This document shows, in pieces, positions 45,017-55,286 of a stretch of 64,000 nucleotides of DNA. Every line of letters begins with the position of its first letter. Positions within the stretch are counted from its first letter, which is position 1. The position numbers and the translations under genes are program-made. This stretch comes from Patescibacteria group bacterium. GTDB lineage: Bacteria > Patescibacteriota > SICC01. A model generated the notes under the pieces. It did not search any database, was not told the origin of the DNA, and saw only the letters and a list, made by a program, of their open reading frames with translations. The DNA is taken from NCBI GenBank assembly GCA_040902515.1, contig JBBDXB010000006.1:335814-399813 (forward strand), read 5' to 3'.

Positions 45017-46837
45017 TCACGTAGCCGGCTGGCAGGGACCGTCCGCGGTATCGCAGACGACTTCCTGCCAGCCACCGGCGGAGAAGCTTCCCCCGGGACC
45101 GGCCGAAAAATCGATGTCGGCGAGACCGGTCAGGTACGTGATCGTCGCGTTGTTGTTCAGTTGGAGCCGCTGGGCGGTCAACGCATTGGCCCCTCCATTG
45201 TTACTGATCTGAATGGTACCGAAGGGGGCGGCCAGGACGATGCTGTCCGAGTTGTTGGAGGAATGGATGGCATTTCCGGAAGCATCGCTGGTGGCGAGCA
45301 ACAGGAAGCTGTTCGGATCGCCGCTTCCCTCGAATTCGACATTATTGGAAATGGTTACCTGTTCGTCGGCGACGATCGCTCCGCTGGAGCTGCCATAGTC
45401 CGGGTGGAGCAGGATATTGACGTTGTTGGAGAAGAGGATGGTGCCGGTCACCCAGACGGTTCCGGTCATGATCAACGTCGCACCATTCTCGACGTTCAGG
45501 TTGCCTTCGATTTTCATCGGGCCGACAGTGCGGGTCTGGCCGAGTGGAATCGTGTAATCACCGGTATGTGTCGCGCCTGCCGACGCCTGGTTCTTGAAAT
45601 CGACCAGGTTGGCTTCGGTGATCGGCAGATCCTTTTGCGGAGGATCCTCGCTACCGGGGAAGCGGGTGCCGCCGACGCTTGAGCCGTCATCCACCTGGTA
45701 GTAGGCATCGCCCGTCACATCAAGGTCCTTGATCTCGTGGGCGTGGACGTCGCCGCCGACATCCAACCGTTCCGCCCGGGTTGGCGGGCTTCCCATGAAC
45801 GCCTTGAATCCGAAATCCAGGTCCGCATCCTCCCAGTCGTGGTTGCCGTTCGAGCGCCAGCGATCGGAAAACATCCCTTGTCCGTCGGGGTATCCGTCCT
45901 GAGCTCCCCAGGCCCAGTAGTTACTCGGGGAACCGGATGTGTCTATGACGATCCAGTAGTCCTGCCCCCCGTCCAACGTCGGAGGATTCGAAAGGCTGAC
46001 TTGGATGAACTGCAAGGTATTCCCGACGGAGGCGGTGCTCAGGGTGCCGCTGGCAACCTGGTTTCCCGAGGGTTCGCCTCCGGCATCCCTGACGATGCGG
46101 ACCGTCGCGTTCGCAGGATTACCGAATTTCCGCACCAACAGGCCGACCTTGATCAGCTTGTCGCTCGCGGAAGTATCCGGCTTGAAGCGCTGTGCGACGT
46201 CAATGACGTCAGGATTGGTGGAATGCCCGAAGACGAATTCCAGGGGATCGGACGGGACGTGTTCCGGCGTCGCTTCGAGCGCGGCACCCCCGGCCACCCA
46301 GACGTCGCCGGTCACCTGTGCGCCGTTGTTGCCGACATGGTCCCCATTGGAGTAGGACGAGCCATGGATGATGGCATTGTTATTCATGTGGATGCCACCC
46401 GCCCCGGCCTGCAGCGCGTAGGCGAAATCCGCTTCCACGGAAGGAATCGGACAGTTGCTTACCTGGATCCGCCGGACCAGATCATCCACGAATCCGGAGG
46501 CGGTGACCTGCTTCGCCGATCCGCAGCTTTCGGTGGAAACGGTCTCGACGACCGTTTCCACCCGATCGGTATCACTGAACGTCGTGGTAAGCGTCGTGCT
46601 GGTGCTTCCGTATGACGCATTGCGCTTCATCTGGAGCAGGGCGTCCTCAGTGCCGCTCTCCGCGTGATAGAGGCTTTGGACGGAGCCGACCCGCTGGTTC
46701 GAGATGCGGTAATTGATCACCGAGGTCGTTACCATCGCGGCGGCGATCACCACGACGATCGCCGAATACATGCCGACGCCGAGGATGCCGATTACGCCGC
46801 GCTGGTCCGTCAGCCGTCGGATGCCCGCGCGCCTCAC
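45017..46837 (-). CDS. PilX-like minor pilin/adhesin with a choice-of-anchor-R-like insert and Asn-rich beta repeats
   Basis: QRG-hydrophobic N-terminus, AESGTEDALL, AQRF...GNP...YWIVID. Confidence 0.75.
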   Translation of the reverse strand: MRRAGIRRLTDQRGVIGILGVGMYSAIVVVIAAAMVTTSVINYRISNQRVGSVQSLYHAESGTEDALLQMKRNASYGSTSTTLTTTFSDTDRVETVVETVSTESCGSAKQVTASGFVDDLVRRIQVSNCPIPSVEADFAYALQAGAGGIHMNNNAIIHGSSYSNGDHVGNNGAQVTGDVWVAGGAALEATPEHVPSDPLEFVFGHSTNPDVIDVAQRFKPDTSASDKLIKVGLLVRKFGNPANATVRIVRDAGGEPSGNQVASGTLSTASVGNTLQFIQVSLSNPPTLDGGQDYWIVIDTSGSPSNYWAWGAQDGYPDGQGMFSDRWRSNGNHDWEDADLDFGFKAFMGSPPTRAERLDVGGDVHAHEIKDLDVTGDAYYQVDDGSSVGGTRFPGSEDPPQKDLPITEANLVDFKNQASAGATHTGDYTIPLGQTRTVGPMKIEGNLNVENGATLIMTGTVWVTGTILFSNNVNILLHPDYGSSSGAIVADEQVTISNNVEFEGSGDPNSFLLLATSDASGNAIHSSNNSDSIVLAAPFGTIQISNNGGANALTAQRLQLNNNATITYLTGLADIDFSAGPGGSFSAGGWQEVVCDTADGPCQPAT

Positions 46838-47343
46838 TGCGACCTCGTGGTTATCGTGGTGTCGAGCATGAGGTCGGCCGATTCCCCACCGCTGCTGCGC
46901 CGGAGCGATCCGTCTACCCGTACCGCGGCCAGCGCTCCGTCCGTGCAGGTCGGGAAGAACGAGAGGTCCTGGACGGTCGTGCCGGGCGAGAGCAGGACTT
47001 CGCTCTGGCCCGACTCATCGGTGTAACGGATCCGGTTGTCGGAGATGTCATACCGGCGCGTCTGACCTCCGGAAAGGGAGACCGTCAGAGCATCGGCGTT
47101 TTGGACGTTGCAGACGGTCGGTGAAGCCACCCCGATGGCCGGCTTGAGATGGCCGGACAGGTGTCCCGACACGGCGTCCACGTCGCGTTGGAGTTCCTGC
47201 ACCAACCGGTCCTGGAGGCTCGTCTTGAGAATGATCGAATAGAGCGTGGCGGCAGCGAGGGCCAGGAGGATGAAGATACTGAATGCCACGATCAGCTCGA
47301 TCAGGGTGAGTCCGGACTGCCGGTTGGTGATGCGATGTGTCAT
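46834..47343 (-). CDS. Prepilin-type (PilW-like) protein
   Basis: QSGLTLIELIVA class III signal. Confidence 0.85.
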   Translation of the reverse strand: MTHRITNRQSGLTLIELIVAFSIFILLALAAATLYSIILKTSLQDRLVQELQRDVDAVSGHLSGHLKPAIGVASPTVCNVQNADALTVSLSGGQTRRYDISDNRIRYTDESGQSEVLLSPGTTVQDLSFFPTCTDGALAAVRVDGSLRRSSGGESADLMLDTTITTRSQ

Positions 47344-47864
47344 TGCCAGTTGGTGAGATAGGCGTACAGCGAGCGGGTGACGGTCCGGTTTCCCTGTTCC
47401 CAGGTGACGGTCACGGTGGTGCGACGGGTGTCCGGATCGTCGAACTGGCCGCAGTTGCTGCCGGTACAGATCCGGTCCCCAGCGGTCAGGGTACCGGATC
47501 CGTCGCTATCCTCGCGATGGACGTCCTCGAACCGGACGGTGCGGGTGTACTCTCCGATGGCCTCGCTACCCTCGGTCAGGGTCCACGGCGGCGCCGTTCC
47601 GGGCTGGGCATGCAGCCGGTAGTCCGTGCCCGGAGCAGGCCCGGCGACCAGCTCCCAATCGTGGTCGCGGATGCTCCGGACCGCCTCGATGCCTTCCTGT
47701 AGGTAGTTCACTGCCTGGACGGTGTCGCGCCCCTCCTCCGAGGTAGACTTGGCCAGCAGGGTAATCTGCACGAGTGCTACCACGCCGATCACGAATACCG
47801 TCATCGCGACGACGGCCTCCACCAGCGTGAACCCGCGCTGCCCGGTGCCGATGCTACTCCGCAT
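47340..47864 (-). CDS. Prepilin-type (PilV-like) protein
   Basis: QRGFTLVEAVVA; VTVTW...LTNW C-terminus. Confidence 0.85.
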   Translation of the reverse strand: MRSSIGTGQRGFTLVEAVVAMTVFVIGVVALVQITLLAKSTSEEGRDTVQAVNYLQEGIEAVRSIRDHDWELVAGPAPGTDYRLHAQPGTAPPWTLTEGSEAIGEYTRTVRFEDVHREDSDGSGTLTAGDRICTGSNCGQFDDPDTRRTTVTVTWEQGNRTVTRSLYAYLTNWQ

Positions 47865-48357
47865 TGATCACCCCCGAGGACTCGATCCGGACGGTACGGT
47901 TTCGCTGCGGGTCGGTACTACTGAACGTCAGGGTGCCCGACGTGCCGTCCGTGGGCTTACCGGTGACCCGTTCGAAGGTGACGTGATCCGCTGCCGGCGT
48001 CAGGTCCACCGCCAGGCTGGCCACGGAGAATTCCTCGCTCCGGACCGTCCCGGCGAATCCGCTCACGCACGGATCGGCGGTATCGTTCATGTCCTGTGCG
48101 TAGGACGTCCAGCCGTCCGCATCGAAGCAGACTCCGTACTCCTTGTTGTCCTTGGCGGCGCGAGCGTCTCCCTGCATCCGCTTAAGCTCGGCCACGGTCT
48201 CCTCGACCTCGCCGTTGAACCGCGGACCGCGGTCCTGTCCGACCAGCATGAACGTCGCGGTGGCGGCGATGCCGACGATGGTCAGGACCACGATCGCTTC
48301 CACCAACGTGAATCCGCGCTGGGTCGGGGGCAGGCAGTATCGCCTCAAGAAATGCAT
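47854..48357 (-). CDS. Prepilin-type (FimT/GspH-like) protein
   Basis: QRGFTLVEAIVV; VTFERVTG...VRIESSGVI. Confidence 0.85.
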   Translation of the reverse strand: MHFLRRYCLPPTQRGFTLVEAIVVLTIVGIAATATFMLVGQDRGPRFNGEVEETVAELKRMQGDARAAKDNKEYGVCFDADGWTSYAQDMNDTADPCVSGFAGTVRSEEFSVASLAVDLTPAADHVTFERVTGKPTDGTSGTLTFSSTDPQRNRTVRIESSGVINAE

Positions 48358-48437
48358 GTTCGTTTTTACGGTCGTTTCACGCGTCAGTATAGCCGAATGG
48401 ACAAGATTCATGAACACGGACGGCTATACTGGGGAGT

Positions 48438-50240
48438 ATGCAATCGCATATCCGGAATTTCTGCATCATCGCCCACATTGACCACGGGAAGTCCACGCTG
48501 GCCGACCGGCTGTTGGAACATACCGGTACGGTCGAGCGGCGGGACATGCGCGAACAGCTCCTCGATTCGATGGACCTGGAGCGCGAGCGCGGCATCACGA
48601 TCAAGCTCCAGCCGGTGACGATGCGCTGGAGACCGTCCGGCACGCCGGCTGCGGACACATTGGAGTTGAACCTGATCGATACGCCCGGCCACGTGGATTT
48701 CTCCTACGAGGTCTCACGGACGCTCTCGGCCTGCGAGGGCGCGCTGCTTTTGGTGGATGCCACCCAGGGCATCCAGGCCCAGACGATCGCCCACGCCCTG
48801 CGGGCCAAGGAGGAGGGGCTCCGGGTGATTCCCGCCATCAACAAGATCGACCTGCCTGCGGCCGAGCCGGAGGATACCGCCAAGGCGGTGGCGGAAACGC
48901 TGGAGTTGCCGGAGGACGACGTACTCTTCGTCTCGGCCAAGACCGGCGACGGCGTATCGGAGTTGCTCGAGGCGATCCGCGACCGCGTCCCGCCGCCGAG
49001 CGGCGATCCTGCCGCACCCCTCCGCGCCCTGGTATTCGACTCTTACTTCGATTCCTACCAAGGCGTGATTGCGTATGTCCGGGTGGTCGACGGCGAACTG
49101 CCCGCGCGTCTGCCGGTCCGCCTGATGGCCGCCGGGCGGAGCGGCGAGGCGCAGGAGGTCGGCGTGCTGACTCCGGAAAGGAAGAAGCTGCCACAGCTGG
49201 CAACCGGCAGCATCGGGTTCATGGTGACCGGGCTCAAGGACCTTTCGCAGGTCCGGGTGGGCGATACCGTCACCGCGGCCGGTACGCCCGCGCAGCAGCC
49301 GCTGCCCGGATACCAGGTGGTGGCTCCGATGGTGTTCGCCGGGCTATTCGTGCAGAGCGGCAGTGAGTTCGCCAAGCTCCGAGACGCGCTGGACCGGCTC
49401 TCGCTCCATGATGCGTCGTTCACTTTCGAGCCGGTGCAGTCGCAGGCGCTCGGGCAGGGGTTCCGCTGCGGGTTCCTGGGGCTGCTCCACCTCGACATCA
49501 TCCGCGAGCGGCTGACCCGTGAATTCGGACTCGACCTGGTGGTGACCGCCCCGACGGTGCCGTACGAGGTACGGCTCACCGACGGCAGCACGGAGACCGT
49601 CACCGATCCGGCGGAACTGCCCGATCCCACCAAGATCGCGGAGACCCGCGAGCCTTGGGCGAAACTGGAGGTCGTCTGCCGGAGCCAGGACCTTGGCGCG
49701 GTCCAGCAGTTGATCGCCGATCGCCGCGGAGCGTTCGTCGGCACGTCGTTCGCGAGCAGCGACCGCGTGCTAGTGGAGGCAGAGCTTCCGCTCGCGAACC
49801 TGGTTGCCGACTTCTACGATCAGCTCAAGGGCGTGACCGCGGGGTACGGTTCGCTGGCGTTCGAGCGCACCGGTTTCCGGGCGGCGCCGCTGGTACGGAT
49901 CGATTTCCTGATCGCCGGCGACGCGGTGTCCGGTCTCTCCGTGATCGTGCATCGCGATGAGGCCGAACGCCGGGCACGGGGCATGCTCAAGAAGCTACAG
50001 GAGGTGATCCCGCCGGCACTGTTTGAGATCGCGCTGCAGGCGGCGATCGGCGGCAAGGTGATCGCCCGTGAGAACATCAAGCCGCGGAAGAAAGACGTGA
50101 CGGCCGGTCTCTACGGCGGTGACGTCACCCGGAAGCGCAAGCTCCGCGAAAAGCAGAAGAAGGGAAAGGCCCGGATGAAAGCCAAGGGGAACATCCGGAT
50201 TCCGGCGGAAGCGTTCGTCGCGGTGCTCAAACAAGACTAG
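48438..50240 (+). CDS. lepA: Elongation factor 4
   Basis: IAHIDHGKSTLADR, LIDTPGHVDF, GFLGLLH, GGDVTRKRKL. Confidence 0.98.
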   Translation: MQSHIRNFCIIAHIDHGKSTLADRLLEHTGTVERRDMREQLLDSMDLERERGITIKLQPVTMRWRPSGTPAADTLELNLIDTPGHVDFSYEVSRTLSACEGALLLVDATQGIQAQTIAHALRAKEEGLRVIPAINKIDLPAAEPEDTAKAVAETLELPEDDVLFVSAKTGDGVSELLEAIRDRVPPPSGDPAAPLRALVFDSYFDSYQGVIAYVRVVDGELPARLPVRLMAAGRSGEAQEVGVLTPERKKLPQLATGSIGFMVTGLKDLSQVRVGDTVTAAGTPAQQPLPGYQVVAPMVFAGLFVQSGSEFAKLRDALDRLSLHDASFTFEPVQSQALGQGFRCGFLGLLHLDIIRERLTREFGLDLVVTAPTVPYEVRLTDGSTETVTDPAELPDPTKIAETREPWAKLEVVCRSQDLGAVQQLIADRRGAFVGTSFASSDRVLVEAELPLANLVADFYDQLKGVTAGYGSLAFERTGFRAAPLVRIDFLIAGDAVSGLSVIVHRDEAERRARGMLKKLQEVIPPALFEIALQAAIGGKVIARENIKPRKKDVTAGLYGGDVTRKRKLREKQKKGKARMKAKGNIRIPAEAFVAVLKQD

Positions 50241-50258
50241 CCCCGCAAGGGGCTAGTC
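50235..50258. terminator. Hairpin at the lepA stop
   Basis: GACTAGCCCC-GCAA-GGGGCTAGTC perfect stem. Confidence 0.65.
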
Positions 50259-50281
50259 GGAAGCACGCGGCTGACGCGTCG

Positions 50282-50509
50282 TCAGAACTGGACGGCCGGA
50301 CTGGCCGTGGCCTCGGCAGCTGCCGTTACTTCCGGCGAAGCCTGGATCTCGACCACGTTCTCGACCTCGACTTCGTCGACCTCGTCGACGATGAACCAGG
50401 CGTACGCGGCGGCACCGGTCACGAGCACGCCGACGACGAAGCCCCCGATAAACATCGTGAACGGATGGGCGTGGTCGTTACCCCATTGGAATACGGTGCG
50501 GTGTGGCAT
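50282..50509 (-). CDS. Small single-TM protein
   Basis: AAGGAGG RBS; TM followed by an acidic tail. Confidence 0.65.
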   Translation of the reverse strand: MPHRTVFQWGNDHAHPFTMFIGGFVVGVLVTGAAAYAWFIVDEVDEVEVENVVEIQASPEVTAAAEATASPAVQF

Positions 50510-50649
50510 GGTGAATCCTCCTTTTGCCTTGAAGCGTTACTACGGGCTTCATTGTGCGTGAACGCTCGGTTGGCCGTCAACCATGGCAGCGACCGAGCGA
50601 CCGTACCGACACCCGGGTTGCTTGACATGCATGCCGGTTTTTGTGAGTA

Positions 50650-50676
50650 TTAGCACTCACTAGTCATGAGTGCTAA
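50650..50676. promoter_or_regulatory. CIRCE element (HrcA operator)
   Basis: Perfect TTAGCACTC-N9-GAGTGCTAA upstream of hrcA. Confidence 0.97.
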
Positions 50677-50688
50677 AATGACAGCGAT

Positions 50689-51393
50689 ATGTTAAGTCCC
50701 CGTGAAACCCAGATCCTTCGTGCCATCGTGAACGAATACCTGCATTCGGCGCAGCCGGTCGGTTCACGCGTGCTCCGGGTGCGGTATGGTTTTGGCATTT
50801 CCCCGGCCACCATCCGTAACGCGATGGGTGTGCTCACGGAAGCCGGGTTCCTCGAGCAGCCGCACGTATCGGCTGGCCGGGTGCCGACCGACCGTGCGTT
50901 CCGGCTGGTCATGGAGAGCGCTTCCACGGCGGAACCGTCGCTCGCGGAGCAGCAGAAGCTGTCCGTGCGCCTGGAGAAGGCCGGGACGCCCGCACGGGCG
51001 ACCCGCAAGCTCGCCGAACAGCTGTCCGAGACCGCGGGAGCGGCCGGAATCCATCTCGACGAAGACGGCGTGCAGCTCTTCAACCTTGCCAACGTCTTCG
51101 GCCAGCCGGAGTTCGAGGATCCGCGCGTGGCATCGTACCTCGCGGAACTGTTGGACCGGGTGAAGGACTGGCTGCCGAAGCTGGCCTCCCGAGTGAACCA
51201 AGTGGGTGTGAAGATCGGCGCCGAGCATGAGGATTTCCGGGCCCGGGCCGTGGCGATGATGGGCCTCAAGGTGAAGCCGGCGGATACGTACGAAGCACGC
51301 ATCGGCGTGATCGGATCGACCCGCATGCCGTACCAGCGGCTGAGCCGGCTGTTCGATTACGGCAGGAAGGAGATGGCCCGTGTCTACGGATAA
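50689..51393 (+). CDS. hrcA: Heat-inducible transcription repressor (short form)
   Basis: ILRAIVNEY...PVGS, SPATIRN, QPHVSAGRVPT, GVIGSTRMPY. Confidence 0.93.
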   Translation: MLSPRETQILRAIVNEYLHSAQPVGSRVLRVRYGFGISPATIRNAMGVLTEAGFLEQPHVSAGRVPTDRAFRLVMESASTAEPSLAEQQKLSVRLEKAGTPARATRKLAEQLSETAGAAGIHLDEDGVQLFNLANVFGQPEFEDPRVASYLAELLDRVKDWLPKLASRVNQVGVKIGAEHEDFRARAVAMMGLKVKPADTYEARIGVIGSTRMPYQRLSRLFDYGRKEMARVYG

Positions 51394-52027
51394 GTCGAAG
51401 CGGGACGTACCGAAAGATCGGCAACCGGATGCCGGACGGGACCAGGACGGGAATCCGAAAGTGACGATCCGGAAGAAGGAGCGGCTGGAGCGGAAGCCCC
51501 CGAAGGGCTCCGACGAGCCGAAGGCGCGCCAGACCGGCGAAGCCGATACTCCGACGGACGGTTCCGCCGCCGACCGTTCCGGTGAGGCGGACGCGCTCAG
51601 GTCCCAGATGGCCCGGCTTCAGGCCGACTTCAGCAACTTTCGGCGGCGGACCGAGGAGGAGCGGTTGGAAGTGGCGGCATTGGCCCGCACCGACCTGGCG
51701 CTCAAGCTCCTGCCGGTGATCGATAACTTCGACCGCGCCGCGGAACATGTACCCGAGGCGGTCAAGGAAGACCCGTGGTACATGGGCATCGAAGGCATCC
51801 GGAAGCAGTTCGCGGACATGCTCGCGGAACTCGGGATCGAACGGATCGAGGCGGTCGGCCAGCCGTTCGACCCCGAGCTGCACGAGGCGTTATCGCACGA
51901 GCCGAGCGACGAGTTCGAGAAGGACGTCGCCTCGAAGGAGCTCGAAGCAGGTTACCGGATGGGCGACACGGTCGTCCGCCCGGCGAAAGTACAAGTATCA
52001 AGCGGAAAGGAGAAATCCCATGAGTAA
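51380..52027 (+). CDS. grpE: Nucleotide exchange factor GrpE
   Basis: [27 protein letters not shown]...RPAKVQV. Confidence 0.96.
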   Translation: MSTDKSKRDVPKDRQPDAGRDQDGNPKVTIRKKERLERKPPKGSDEPKARQTGEADTPTDGSAADRSGEADALRSQMARLQADFSNFRRRTEEERLEVAALARTDLALKLLPVIDNFDRAAEHVPEAVKEDPWYMGIEGIRKQFADMLAELGIERIEAVGQPFDPELHEALSHEPSDEFEKDVASKELEAGYRMGDTVVRPAKVQVSSGKEKSHE

Positions 52028-54032
52028 GATTATCGGTATCGATCTCGGTACCACCAACTCGGCCGCGGCCGTCCTGGAGGGCGGTGAGGCCAAGATCATC
52101 ACGAACAAGGAGGGCGGCCGGCTGACTCCGTCGGTCGTGGCGCTCGGTAAGAACAAGGAGCGCCTGGTCGGACAGGTGGCGCGACGGCAACAGGTCACCA
52201 ATCCCGAGCACACCATCTTCTCGGTGAAGCGACTGATGGGTCGCAAGTTCAAGGATCCGATCGTCCAGAAGGAAGCCAAGCTGCTTCCGTACGCGCTCGA
52301 AGAAGGCCCGCACGGCGAGGTGAAGGTGCGGATGGGCGAGAAGTCCTACACGCCGCCGGAGATCTCGGCGATGATCCTCCAGAAGATCAAGGCGGACGCG
52401 GAGACGTTCCTCGGTGAGAAAGTCACCGACGTGGTGATCACCGTGCCGGCCTACTTCAACGATTCACAGCGGAACGCGACCAAGGATGCCGGCAAGATCG
52501 CCGGCGTGAACGTGAAGCGGATCATCAACGAACCGACCGCGAGCTCGCTGGCGTACGGTCTCGACAAGAAGAAGGATGAGAAGATCGCCGTCTTCGACCT
52601 CGGCGGCGGCACGTTCGACATCACGATCCTGGAGCTCGGCGACGGTGTGTTCGAAGTGAAGTCCACCAACGGCGACACGCACCTTGGCGGCGACGACTTC
52701 GACCAGGCGGTCATCGACCATCTGGTGGCCGAGTTCAAGAAGGACCAAGGCGTGGACCTCTCCACGGATCGCCAGGCGCTCCAGCGGCTCAAGGAGGCGG
52801 CTGAGAAGGCGAAGATCGAGCTTTCCACCACCGGCGAATCGGAGATCAACATCCCGTTCATCAGCGCCGGCGACTCCGGTCCCAAGCACCTGAACCTGAC
52901 GATGACCCGGGCTAAGCTCGAACAGCTGACCAGCGACCTGATCGGACGGACCAAGCAGCCCTGCCAGAAGGCGTTGGAGGACGCGGGGCTCAAGACGTCG
53001 GATATCGACGAGGTGATCCTCGTCGGCGGTATGACCCGGATGCCGGCGGTACAGGCAGCGGTAAAGGACACGTTCGGCAAGGAGCCGAACCAGAACGTGA
53101 ATCCCGACGAAGCGGTCGCACTCGGCGCGGCGATCCAGGGCGGCGTCCTCTCCGGCGACGTGAAGGACCTGCTCCTCCTCGACGTCACGCCGCTCACGCT
53201 CGGCCTGGAGACGCTCGGTGGCGTGGCCACGCCGCTGATTCCGCGGAACACGACCGTCCCGACCAGCAAGAGCCAGGTATTCTCGACGGCGGCGGACAAC
53301 CAGGGTTCGGTGGACGTGCACGTGGTCCAGGGCGAACGGCCGATGGCGGGGCACAACAAGTCGCTCGGCCGGTTCGTGCTCGACGGCATCCCGCCGGCGC
53401 CGCGCGGCGTGCCGCAGATCGAGGTGACGTTCGACATCGATGCCAACGGCATCCTGAACGTCTCGGCCAAGGACAAGGGCACCGGCAAGGAACAGAAGAT
53501 CACGATCCAGGGTTCCAGCGGCCTCTCCGACGCGGAGGTCGAGAAGATGCGGAAGGAAGCGCAGGAGCACGAGACGGAAGACCAGAAGCGCGCTGGCCTG
53601 ATCGAGGCCCGTAACGCCGCGGACAACCTGATCTACACTAGCGAGAAAACGCTGAAGGATGCGGGCGACAAGGTCAGCGAGTCCGACAAGCAGGACGTCG
53701 ATGAGAAGATCAAGGCGCTTCGCGAAACGATGGGCGCCGATGACCTCGATGCGATCAAGCAGAAGACGGACGAGCTTTCGGAAGCGATCCAGAAGATCGG
53801 TGCGGCGATGTACCAACAGGGCGGCGGTACGGAGCAGGGCGGCCCCGACCAGTCCGGCGGCGAGGACGAGGGTGTCGACTACACCACGACCGCCGACCAG
53901 TCGGATTCGGACACGTCTGGCGGCGATGCCGCGGCCGGCGCGGAATCGGGGAGCGGCGAGACGGGCAGCGAAGCAGAGTCGAAGGACGGTTCGAAGCAGT
54001 CCGACGCTCCCGACGACGACGGGAAGAAGTAG
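52020..54032 (+). CDS. dnaK: Chaperone DnaK with long acidic tail
   Basis: [34 protein letters not shown]. Confidence 0.99.
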   Translation: MSKIIGIDLGTTNSAAAVLEGGEAKIITNKEGGRLTPSVVALGKNKERLVGQVARRQQVTNPEHTIFSVKRLMGRKFKDPIVQKEAKLLPYALEEGPHGEVKVRMGEKSYTPPEISAMILQKIKADAETFLGEKVTDVVITVPAYFNDSQRNATKDAGKIAGVNVKRIINEPTASSLAYGLDKKKDEKIAVFDLGGGTFDITILELGDGVFEVKSTNGDTHLGGDDFDQAVIDHLVAEFKKDQGVDLSTDRQALQRLKEAAEKAKIELSTTGESEINIPFISAGDSGPKHLNLTMTRAKLEQLTSDLIGRTKQPCQKALEDAGLKTSDIDEVILVGGMTRMPAVQAAVKDTFGKEPNQNVNPDEAVALGAAIQGGVLSGDVKDLLLLDVTPLTLGLETLGGVATPLIPRNTTVPTSKSQVFSTAADNQGSVDVHVVQGERPMAGHNKSLGRFVLDGIPPAPRGVPQIEVTFDIDANGILNVSAKDKGTGKEQKITIQGSSGLSDAEVEKMRKEAQEHETEDQKRAGLIEARNAADNLIYTSEKTLKDAGDKVSESDKQDVDEKIKALRETMGADDLDAIKQKTDELSEAIQKIGAAMYQQGGGTEQGGPDQSGGEDEGVDYTTTADQSDSDTSGGDAAAGAESGSGETGSEAESKDGSKQSDAPDDDGKK

Positions 54033-54047
54033 CCGAAGACGGAGCAA

Positions 54048-54079
54048 GCAGCCCGGCACCTCGCGAGGTGCCGGGCTGC
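54048..54079. terminator. Perfect 32-bp palindrome after dnaK
   Basis: GCAGCCCGGCACCTCG/CGAGGTGCCGGGCTGC; no U tract. Confidence 0.6.
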
Positions 54080-54095
54080 ACGGTACGATGGTCGC

Positions 54096-54725
54096 ATGCG
54101 AATAGTACGCAAACTCGGAAACACCGCGGCACTCCTGGTAATCACCGGTGCCGTGCTGGGCATCGCCGGCTGCGACAGCAAGCCGGAACCCGCGCCGACC
54201 CCGGCGGTTTCCGAGACTCCCAGCCCGATCGACGAAGCCAAGGGCCGGTACACCGAGGCCCTGGAGCGTGCCAAGCAGTGGCAGGAGAACGCGGAGCTGG
54301 CCCGGGTGTATCGGCGCTTCAGCGGAACGCTGGCCCCGGCCGCCCCCACGCCGGCCATCTACGCATTCTCGTCGCTGGCCGAACCCCGATCGACGTTCGA
54401 GGTCGAGTTCCAGGGTGACGACGTATCCGACCGGACGGTCGAGAAGCAGCCGTTCGAACTGCTCTTCAATCCGATTGACGTGGCCGTCTGGAAGGTACCG
54501 CCGGACGAAGCGCTCCGAATCGCCGAGCAAGCGGGCGGCGAATCGTTCCGTGAAGCGCACCTGGCCGGGTACACAGTACTCCAGCAGCTCTCGAAGATGG
54601 GAGCCTACCCGCTCCAGTGGTACTTTCGGTACGAGACCGGAGATGGCAGCGACCTCCGGCTCGAGATCTACGTGAACGCGGACTCCGGAGGTGTGGACTT
54701 CAAGCGGGAAGTCAAACAGCCGTGA
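54096..54725 (+). CDS. Putative lipoprotein
   Basis: Lipobox IAGC after a hydrophobic signal; Pro-rich linker. Confidence 0.8.
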   Translation: MRIVRKLGNTAALLVITGAVLGIAGCDSKPEPAPTPAVSETPSPIDEAKGRYTEALERAKQWQENAELARVYRRFSGTLAPAAPTPAIYAFSSLAEPRSTFEVEFQGDDVSDRTVEKQPFELLFNPIDVAVWKVPPDEALRIAEQAGGESFREAHLAGYTVLQQLSKMGAYPLQWYFRYETGDGSDLRLEIYVNADSGGVDFKREVKQP

Positions 54726-54734
54726 GAATGGTAG

Positions 54735-55286
54735 ACTGAACGTACTTTCAATGGGTACGCATCTACCAGCCTCGTAGCGCATACCACCGAGGAACTCATC
54801 ACCGAGATCCTCCGACGTTCCGGCCTGCCCCATTCCGAACTGCTCTCCGCCACGCCGACCCGCGTGGCGAAATCATACCGTGAGCTCTTGTCGGGCTATG
54901 GAGCGGACGTGGCCGGCCTGTCCCGGACGTTTCCGTCGGACGGTTTCGGAGGCGTGCTCATGATCGGGCCGATTCCGTTCAGCAGCCTCTGTCGGCATCA
55001 CTTCCTGCCGTTCACGGGCGAAGTCACGGTGCGATACATGCCGTCAGGTCGTGTCCTCGGGCTATCCAAGTTCTCCCGGGTCGTATCGGCCTTCGCCAGA
55101 CGTGTGCAGACCCAGGAGCGTCTGACCCAGCAGGTTTCCGACACACTCAAGGGTATCCTCGCACCCCGGGAGCTATCCGTCACCGTCACGGCGGAGCATT
55201 TCTGCATGCGGATGCGCGGCGTGCAGCAGGCAGGAGTACGGACCATGACCGTTGGGACCAGCAAGGAGGAACATGAAACGGCCTGA
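54735..55286 (+). CDS. folE: GTP cyclohydrolase I-like protein, divergent; no in-frame start for the N-terminal part (possible pseudogene)
   Basis: TPTRVAKSY, SLCRHHFLPF, GLSK, QTQERLT, HFCMRMRG; homology extends upstream of GTG 54864. Confidence 0.7.
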   Translation, partial: TERTFNGYASTSLVAHTTEELITEILRRSGLPHSELLSATPTRVAKSYRELLSGYGADVAGLSRTFPSDGFGGVLMIGPIPFSSLCRHHFLPFTGEVTVRYMPSGRVLGLSKFSRVVSAFARRVQTQERLTQQVSDTLKGILAPRELSVTVTAEHFCMRMRGVQQAGVRTMTVGTSKEEHETA

